Source: Nitrosopumilus sp.
GTDB lineage: Archaea; Thermoproteota; Nitrososphaeria; Nitrososphaerales; Nitrosopumilaceae
NCBI GenBank assembly: GCA_965214775.1
Contig: OZ243974.1
Location: forward strand, 1,856,001 to 1,920,000
Reading direction: 5' to 3'
DNA: 64,000 nucleotides
The notes under the pieces were generated by a model. The model made no database searches. It saw only the letters and a program-made list of their open reading frames with translations, and was not told where the DNA came from. Positions 57,490 through 64,000 of this stretch are shown piece by piece (the first letter of the stretch is position 1; every line of letters starts with the position of its first letter). A program made the position numbers and the translations under genes.

Positions 57490-57969
57490 TTATTGGAACT
57501 TTTCATCCCATTTGCCCTCGTTGATCTCTGCTGTGATCTCTTTGGGCGTCTTTCCTTCAACTTTCACACCCAGGGCAAGACACGTCCCAACGATGGTCTT
57601 TGCCACTGATTTTAATGACGAGGCATACGATTTCTCAAGCTTTGTATTTGCCACTTTGACAACAGAGTCCATTGTGACATCGCCGGCCCACTCGGTCCCC
57701 GATGCTCCGGAACCCTTCTGAATTCCGGCTTCCTTCATAATTAGTGCAGCAGCTGACGGAATGCCGATTTCAATCTCGTACTTTTTGGTATCGCTATCAA
57801 CAATTACCGTCACTGGAACCTTCATCCCTTCAAAGTCCTTGGTTTTGTCATTAATTGCATTGATTACTTCCATAATGTTGACTCCCAGAGGGCCCAAAGC
57901 CGGACCTAGTGGCGGACCTGCCGATGCTGCTGCTCCCGTTACAAGTGATGATACTTTTTGCTCTCCCAT
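57490..57969 (-). CDS. rpl11: 50S ribosomal protein L11
   Basis: GPPLGPALGPLGVN, GMKVPV. Confidence 0.96.
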   Translation of the reverse strand: MGEQKVSSLVTGAAASAGPPLGPALGPLGVNIMEVINAINDKTKDFEGMKVPVTVIVDSDTKKYEIEIGIPSAAALIMKEAGIQKGSGASGTEWAGDVTMDSVVKVANTKLEKSYASSLKSVAKTIVGTCLALGVKVEGKTPKEITAEINEGKWDEKFQ

Positions 57970-58003
57970 GCCTGTTGCCCCATTATGAAAAATTTAATCC
58001 TTG

Positions 58004-58462
58004 CTAAGCCTCACTTGATAGTTTTAGGTAATTTGCGTCCACTGTGACTGGTAATTGATATGATGCATCCAACAATACTACCGTTGCCTCTTCTTTTTCG
58101 GGATCAATTCTGGTAATGGTTGCCTTCATCCCTTTGAATGGCCCTCCCGTAATTTCAACGACGTTGTCTACTGCTAATTGTGAAACCGTTGATTTCTTGA
58201 TTAGATACCCCTCGATATCCTTGAATTGCAACTCTCCCCTAAGCTGGCCTCTGATGTGTCTTACCCCCTCTATTGCCATGTATGCATCACTTGGATTGAC
58301 TGCCTCAATTACGACATATCCCTTTAGGTTATCTACCAGCAAAACTGACTGGATGTTGATCTGATTTGCGTTGGCTTTTGCCTCTAGCAATCTCATTACC
58401 ACTTTTTCCTGCCCCCCCGTGGTCCTGATTGCAAACAAATGTGATTTGACTTCTTCAGACAA
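58004..58462 (-). CDS. spt5: Transcription elongation factor Spt5 (NusG)
   Basis: TTGGQE, LKGYVVIE, KOW motif VEITGGPFKG. Confidence 0.95.
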   Translation of the reverse strand: MSEEVKSHLFAIRTTGGQEKVVMRLLEAKANANQINIQSVLLVDNLKGYVVIEAVNPSDAYMAIEGVRHIRGQLRGELQFKDIEGYLIKKSTVSQLAVDNVVEITGGPFKGMKATITRIDPEKEEATVVLLDASYQLPVTVDANYLKLSSEA

Positions 58463-58464
58463 TT

Positions 58465-58638
58465 TTACCTGCCAAATGTAATCACCGAAAATACGAACTG
58501 AATGGTAAATCCTATAGCACCCACACCGGCAATCCCTAACAACACCAATCTCAAATGTTGCTGATACTCATCTTTGTCGGGCTTTTTTGCCATCTTCATG
58601 GTATTTGCCATATTTTTTAGCATCTGTCTTGGATTCAT
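58465..58638 (-). CDS. secE: Protein translocase SecE/Sec61-gamma
   Basis: Hand translation MNPRQ...MAKKPDKDEY...GIAGVGAIGFTI; canonical position before spt5. Confidence 0.9.
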   Translation of the reverse strand: MNPRQMLKNMANTMKMAKKPDKDEYQQHLRLVLLGIAGVGAIGFTIQFVFSVITFGR

Positions 58639-58677
58639 TGCTGAAAATTAATAGGGTGTCCTTATATCTCTTATCTC

Positions 58678-59454
58678 ATGGAGTTGCTGGTTGCGTATCA
58701 AGACGACCCTGCCGGAAGCAGCATGGCAGAATTCCTGTCCAAAAGCATGAATACTCAGGATGGTATTTTTCGAGGGGAACATTATGATTTGGTGACTATT
58801 CCAACTCCCGCAATTTCTGCAGACTGGCTGGAAGAAAAATTTGATTATGACGGATTTGTTTTTCTTTCCAAGCATGCAGCAGACTCTGGAGTACTGGCAC
58901 TTACCTGTCATAGCACTGGAAATTTTTCAGAAGCAAGGTTTGGCGGAAATGATCGACAGGTGGCCGTTCCTCACCCCCACCTTCAAAAAACGTACCTTCA
59001 AACCCTGAAAGAAAACGAGCCGAAATTTTCCGGTTTCCAAATCACCATCGAGGCGACCCACCATGGTCCTACCGCCCTGCGAAAACCCTCAATCTTTATC
59101 GAAGTTGGAACCACTGAAAAACAATGGACTGATGCCTCGCTGTGTTCCTCTGTGGCATCAATAGTTGATTCTGTGATGAAAAAGCCCGTAAAAGAATTTC
59201 CGGTTGCTGTCTGTTTTGGGGGCACCCATTATCCGGCGAAATTTACAAACGAACTGCTGACAGGAGATCATGCCCTTGGAACCGTTGTTCCAAAACACGC
59301 GCTGGATAACATCGATGACGAACTGTTCAATCATATTATGGAGCAGAACAGCATGGCAAAATCCGCATTGCTGGATTGGAACGGTCTTGGCCCAAACAAA
59401 CAAAGGATTCTTGATCTGCTGGCTTTTACAAATCTTGAGGTGATCAAACTTTGA
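58678..59454 (+). CDS. dtdA: D-aminoacyl-tRNA deacylase (archaeal DTD2)
   Basis: FLSKH, HSTGN, EATHHGP, FIEVG, FGGTHY. Confidence 0.92.
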   Translation: MELLVAYQDDPAGSSMAEFLSKSMNTQDGIFRGEHYDLVTIPTPAISADWLEEKFDYDGFVFLSKHAADSGVLALTCHSTGNFSEARFGGNDRQVAVPHPHLQKTYLQTLKENEPKFSGFQITIEATHHGPTALRKPSIFIEVGTTEKQWTDASLCSSVASIVDSVMKKPVKEFPVAVCFGGTHYPAKFTNELLTGDHALGTVVPKHALDNIDDELFNHIMEQNSMAKSALLDWNGLGPNKQRILDLLAFTNLEVIKL

Positions 59455-59750
59455 ATCTGGAGCAAAAAATTTACAAAAAGCTACTCAAAGTTCCAAAAGG
59501 ACAGGTTACGACATACGGTGAGCTGGCAAAGGCAGTCGGTTTGAAAAATGGCCAAAGGGCTGTTGGAAAAATCATGAACAAGAACCCCTATCCAGTGATC
59601 GTCCCGTGTCACAGGGTCGTAATGTCTACTGGCAAAATTGGCGGATATGCATACGGCAAGCATGTCAAAGCAAAAATGCTAAACGACGAAGGAATTGAAA
59701 TCAGGGACGGGAAAATTATTGACTGGGAAGACAGGGTTTACCGTTTCTAG
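59451..59750 (+). CDS. MGMT-family O6-alkylguanine DNA alkyltransferase
   Basis: GQVTTYGELA, RAVG, VPCHRVV. Confidence 0.92.
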   Translation: MNLEQKIYKKLLKVPKGQVTTYGELAKAVGLKNGQRAVGKIMNKNPYPVIVPCHRVVMSTGKIGGYAYGKHVKAKMLNDEGIEIRDGKIIDWEDRVYRF

Positions 59751-59751
59751 C

Positions 59752-59869
59752 GTAACAGGTTAGCCACTGCCTAGAGTTGGAGTTGCATCCCTTGCCGGCC
59801 CGGCATGAAAATCACAGCTGCAAGCAGATTCGTGCCTGATTGCTGCCTAGGCAGGGGCTAACCTGTTAC
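59752..59869. mobile_element. 118-bp IS66-type MITE
   Basis: Perfect 14-bp TIR GTAACAGGTTAGCC; no TSD seen. Confidence 0.8.
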
Positions 59870-59924
59870 GATTCAGACAATTTCCCAACTACACGGTCAC
59901 TCCGTGCAACAACTGCCCGTTGGT

Positions 59925-60191
59925 CTAATTCCACCAAGGTTCCCTGTAGGGATTAAGATAGCATTGCAGGCGCTCGCTCCATTCCAACGTTGAGATGTCT
60001 ATCCCGCCGATGCTGACTGCATCAGAGAGCGGCCATATGCACGGCCCTCCAAGATGGCCATAAATTAAAAGATTGAGTATCATCATGCCAAAAGATGCTC
60101 CAAAAAGAAAGCCTGTCGTAGCCCCCAGAATTAGAAAAAAGTAGGGTTTAGTAAGTGACATGCCACCAATATACGTAAACTCCCATATCAA
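59925..60191 (-). CDS. Small membrane protein
   Basis: One long hydrophobic segment followed by two Cys. Confidence 0.45.
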   Translation of the reverse strand: MIWEFTYIGGMSLTKPYFFLILGATTGFLFGASFGMMILNLLIYGHLGGPCIWPLSDAVSIGGIDISTLEWSERLQCYLNPYREPWWN

Positions 60192-60208
60192 ATTATGCTC
60201 TTACGTTT

Positions 60209-60682
60209 CTAGCTGCTGGTGCTGCTACTGCTTTTTCTTTTAGCCTTGAGTTCGTCCATCAAAGTTCTAAGGTGGGCTTTGTTCCTAACAGTGTTGCCGC
60301 CTACCTTTTTGTAGAGCGTCCAAAATTCCTGATTTGTTAAATCCTTCCTGTCTTTGGCAATTTTTAGCAGGCGCCTAAGCGAACGGACCTTGGCAACATA
60401 TACCTCCTTTTTACCTACCCTTGCCCCCTTTCTTCCTTGTTTGGAGCCCTGCTTTGTTCCTCTCTTGTTTCTCTGCTCTTTCTTAGTCTGAGCCCTTCCT
60501 CTGGATGTTCCGGTAAATGTCTTGATCTTTATCGTATTTGCCGTGATGAGACTCCTGATGTTATCTCTGGTGATTGCATCGGCAACATCATCGAGGTGAT
60601 CCGCATCAAATTTGATTCGGTGAACCCCTACACCTGTAACTCTGGCTGCGAGTCTTTTCTTAGCTTTAAGGTTTACTACCAC
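60209..60682 (-). CDS. rpl19e: 50S ribosomal protein L19e
   Basis: KKRLAARV, AITRDNIR, GSKQGRKGAR. Confidence 0.94.
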   Translation of the reverse strand: MVVNLKAKKRLAARVTGVGVHRIKFDADHLDDVADAITRDNIRSLITANTIKIKTFTGTSRGRAQTKKEQRNKRGTKQGSKQGRKGARVGKKEVYVAKVRSLRRLLKIAKDRKDLTNQEFWTLYKKVGGNTVRNKAHLRTLMDELKAKRKSSSSTSS

Positions 60683-61070
60683 TTGTACTCACCCTTGCAT
60701 TGAAAATTTTAAATTTTCCTTCTATTGCCTTGGCAACAACCTGTTTTCTTTTTCTAGTCCCGACGCTGTGGCCAAACCTAATCCCGTCTTTCTTTGGATC
60801 TAGTTTTTCTAAATCACTCATGTTGTAAACCAAATTATCTGTAAACCCTGACGGATGCAGCCCTCTTGCCTCTTTTGGACCTCCGTACCCGACCTTGACA
60901 AGTCCTGGCCTGCCCCTGCTTTTCTGTTTTCTTTGGTGATGATCAATGCCCTTTGGTTTTCTCCAGTTGGTTTGAAGCCTAACATATCTCCAGCTTTCAG
61001 GCCTTACAAAATCGGGATTATTTTCTTTAACTTCCCGTCTTTTTGCAATCTTGTCCTTGTTGATCGGCAT
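60666..61070 (-). CDS. rpl32e: 50S ribosomal protein L32e
   Basis: WRKPKGID, VGYG, RGLHPSG. Confidence 0.95.
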   Translation of the reverse strand: MPINKDKIAKRREVKENNPDFVRPESWRYVRLQTNWRKPKGIDHHQRKQKSRGRPGLVKVGYGGPKEARGLHPSGFTDNLVYNMSDLEKLDPKKDGIRFGHSVGTRKRKQVVAKAIEGKFKIFNARVSTSGSKP

Positions 61071-61219
61071 TAGACTGACTCTTGAATTTTGAAATAAATA
61101 CGTTCCTAGACGAGAAAAAATCTCCGATAGGAAAGAGATAATAAGGAAACTCGAGGCGGATCGAAATATCTCATGAATAGGCCTGGGATCAAACAAATTA
61201 TTTTTGGAGGGAAAACTCT

Positions 61220-62827
61220 CTGACACAGGTCGTAGGAACAGCCATCACTGACAAATTTTCAAACCAGCTCAAAGATTTTGGAATCAACCCTTGCAAAGTC
61301 CACAGGAATCTCAGTACCCAAGAGATGGTCAGCCTTGCAGTGGATAGAAAGGAAGGAATAGTTAATTCAACGGGCTCCCTTTCGGTCAATACCGGAAAAT
61401 ATACCGGGCGCTCTCCTGATGACCGGTTTATCGTATATGACGATGAGACCCATGACACGGTTGATTGGGGTAAAATCAACCACCAATTTCCAAGCGGAAA
61501 GTTTGAAAAACTTTTGGAAAAGATGAGAAACTTTGTTGAAAACAGGGAGCTTTTTGTATATGATGGATTTGTAGGCGCTGATCCTGAAACTCGCTTGCCT
61601 ATTAGGGTAATCAACGATCATGTGTGGCAAAACATGTTTTCAAGCAACCTGTTCATTCGACCAACGAGTGAGGAACTTACAAATCACGAACCGGAATTTA
61701 CGATTCTTTGCATCAACGACTTCAAGGCAGATCCTGAGATTGACGGAACAAGAACCGACGTGTTCATCCTGATTGACTTGACCAGAAAAATCGTCTTGAT
61801 TGGCGGGACTGAATATGCCGGTGAAATGAAAAAATCAATGTTTGGAGTAATGAACTTCCTTCTGCCTGACAAAGGAATTTTTCCAATGCACTGCTCTGCA
61901 AATATCGGCCAAAAAGGCGATACTGCCTTGTTCTTTGGATTGTCCGGCACTGGAAAAACCACGCTTTCAGCTGATCCGAACAGGAGACTAATCGGCGATG
62001 ACGAGCATGGATGGTCTGACAACGGAACTTTTAACTTTGAAGGGGGATGCTATGCAAAATGCATCAACCTTAGCCAAGAGGCAGAACCCGAAATCTGGAA
62101 TGCGATCAGACCAGGCGCACTTTTAGAAAATGTTGTCCTAAAAGAAGACAACGTTCCAGACTATGATGACAATTCCTTGACTGAAAACACTCGCGTTGGA
62201 TACCCGCTTGATTTCATTCCGGGCGCCGTGATTCCAAGCGTGGGCGGAAATCCAAAGGTAATCATCTTTTTGACGGCCGATGCGCTTGGGGTACTGCCTC
62301 CCGTCTCAAAACTTACCAAGGAAGCTGCAATGTATCACTTTATGTCCGGCTATACCAGCAAGCTTGCCGGAACCGAAAGAGGAATAAAGGAGCCAAAGTC
62401 TGTCTTTTCCCAATGCTTTGGCGCCCCATTCATGCCCAGACCGGCTTCAGTCTATGCAAAATTACTGGGAGACAAAATCACCGAGCACAATACGGTGGTT
62501 TACCTCATTAACACCGGTTGGTCCGGCGGCCCGTATGGGGTTGGAAAAAGAGTCAAGATAAAGTATAGCCGTGCAATGGTCACTGCTGCATTGTCAGGAG
62601 CCCTTGGCATTGTAAAATACACCCACAATGATTTGTTTAACTTGGATATTCCTGCAGAGGTCAAGGGGGTGCCGTCTGAGATTCTAGATCCCAGAAACAC
62701 CTGGATAGACAAAGACGAATATGATCTGTCTGCAAGGAAGCTTGCACAAATGTTTGTTGAAAACTTTAGGAAGTTTGAAGGCGTGTCCCAAGAGATAGTC
62801 GATGCAGGACCAAAAATCACCAAATAA
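61220..62827 (+). CDS. pckA: ATP-dependent phosphoenolpyruvate carboxykinase, probable CTG start
   Basis: TGKYTGRSP, FGLSGTGKTTLS, LIGDDEHGW, ENTR; GGAGG upstream of CTG 61220. Confidence 0.95.
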   Translation: MTQVVGTAITDKFSNQLKDFGINPCKVHRNLSTQEMVSLAVDRKEGIVNSTGSLSVNTGKYTGRSPDDRFIVYDDETHDTVDWGKINHQFPSGKFEKLLEKMRNFVENRELFVYDGFVGADPETRLPIRVINDHVWQNMFSSNLFIRPTSEELTNHEPEFTILCINDFKADPEIDGTRTDVFILIDLTRKIVLIGGTEYAGEMKKSMFGVMNFLLPDKGIFPMHCSANIGQKGDTALFFGLSGTGKTTLSADPNRRLIGDDEHGWSDNGTFNFEGGCYAKCINLSQEAEPEIWNAIRPGALLENVVLKEDNVPDYDDNSLTENTRVGYPLDFIPGAVIPSVGGNPKVIIFLTADALGVLPPVSKLTKEAAMYHFMSGYTSKLAGTERGIKEPKSVFSQCFGAPFMPRPASVYAKLLGDKITEHNTVVYLINTGWSGGPYGVGKRVKIKYSRAMVTAALSGALGIVKYTHNDLFNLDIPAEVKGVPSEILDPRNTWIDKDEYDLSARKLAQMFVENFRKFEGVSQEIVDAGPKITK

Positions 62828-64000
62828 TCACCGTTTTCGTTTTAAAATTCCGACAATCCCAACAGCTATGACAATTCCCGATATGATGAGAATCTGTCTT
62901 TCTGGAATCTTGATTAAATCAAATCTCTGAGATTTCTCTTCTAACGTGCTGATTTCTATCGTATCAAACGCACTGGAGGTATTTTTATTGTTGCTTTTAA
63001 TTTTTGCATCAATCCAGTACCTTGAATTCTCAAAAATTTCGACTGATCCTTGTTTGTTTGGAGTCATTGTAGCCGTTGAAATCTTCCCGTCCTTGCTGTT
63101 TGTCACAGAAATTTTTGCAAAGCTCCAGTTCTCCGGATGGTACACGTCGAAAATCAGTCTGTCATTTTGTTGATTTGCAGAAATTGAACCCGGCGTATAA
63201 TGAAGCAAAAACGGGACAACATACCTTGTTTCGTTGTGATAAATGACTATTTTTCCCTCATGTTCGCCGTATTTTTTTCCTGTCATGCTCATTTTTGTTA
63301 TCAATCTGTCCCCTTCAATTAGATGTGCAAACTTGATAAACTCTGGGCCTTCAAAACCAATCTCAATGTCATCCAGGTCCCCCTCTAGGACTTTTAATTC
63401 AAATTGCTGTTCTGAGATTAAGCTGTCTGATGACACCGTCGAGACGAAATTTGGCGGCATGATCACCAATCCTGCCTTAAACGCATTTGCAATGTCAATT
63501 CTTCCCGAGCCTGACTCTGAAATTGAGAATTCCTGTCCATACGCATCAGACACAGGCGCGGCTGTAGTCAACAAAATGGACTTTATCTCATGATGGTGCA
63601 GGCTGGGATTTTTTTGCATCAGCAGCGCCGCTGCGCCACTAACGTGAGGCGCCGCATAACTGGTCCCGCTAGTAAAATTGTATCCCGCATTGTTTTGGGT
63701 GGTGTTGATGTATGCTCCGGGCGCCACTATCTCAGGCTTTATGTAAAATGGCGATACTGGCCCTCTGGAACTAAAGTGCGCAACAAAATCTGGATTGTAA
63801 AACAGGTGCAGCGATCCCTTGATTTCATTACCTGTTAAATTCTTGATTTCCATTCCTTGGTCTCTATCAATGGAGACTACGGGAATCCGTGGCTTGTAGT
63901 CTGGCCCCGTGAATTCGTGAACCAGTTCTCCGAGAAAAATCCCTTCTATATTGTTGTAAACAATCAGGGCCTTTGCACCTGCATTGGCCGCATTGTTTTC
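62828..64000 (-). CDS. Subtilisin-like S8 protease with PA domain and C-terminal membrane anchor; 5' part lies outside the window
   Basis: FSSRGP, KPEIVAPG, SGTSYAAPHVSG; AGAKALIVYN upstream. Confidence 0.92.
   Translation of the reverse strand, partial: ENNAANAGAKALIVYNNIEGIFLGELVHEFTGPDYKPRIPVVSIDRDQGMEIKNLTGNEIKGSLHLFYNPDFVAHFSSRGPVSPFYIKPEIVAPGAYINTTQNNAGYNFTSGTSYAAPHVSGAAALLMQKNPSLHHHEIKSILLTTAAPVSDAYGQEFSISESGSGRIDIANAFKAGLVIMPPNFVSTVSSDSLISEQQFELKVLEGDLDDIEIGFEGPEFIKFAHLIEGDRLITKMSMTGKKYGEHEGKIVIYHNETRYVVPFLLHYTPGSISANQQNDRLIFDVYHPENWSFAKISVTNSKDGKISTATMTPNKQGSVEIFENSRYWIDAKIKSNNKNTSSAFDTIEISTLEEKSQRFDLIKIPERQILIISGIVIAVGIVGILKRKR

Overview
Archaeal DNA of Nitrososphaerota/Nitrosopumilaceae type, inferred from the ribosomal gene set (rpl30e-nusA-rps12-rps7, rpl12/10/1, rpl11-spt5-secE, rpl19e/32e), leuS, alaS, pckA, an intron-containing tRNA-Gln and a CFI-box-CTERM giant surface protein. 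The AT-richer core genes are interrupted by accessory islands (about 18.8-22.7, 23.8-26.4, 32.6-46.3 and 49.1-56.9 kb). These carry IS66, IS481, IS630, IS5, IS6 and IS110 elements, at least six MITE families, toxin-antitoxin pairs and many pseudogenes, a pattern that suggests a host-associated lineage. The top finding is an intact IS110/IS1111-type element (49455-50827). Its 3' non-coding end folds into two similar stem-loops whose internal loops match, base for base, its own donor junction and its target site, which makes it a readable archaeal bridge RNA. The reconstructed target is the terminal repeat of an IS66-type MITE. Also notable are a transposase-less IS66-ended cassette carrying an acylphosphatase gene, an IS630 with an apparent CG rather than TA duplication, a divergent SAH-hydrolase-cupin fusion paired with a methyltransferase, and an IS5 transposase with a 10-copy 54-bp repeat inside its catalytic domain. 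All calls were made by eye and no database searches were run.
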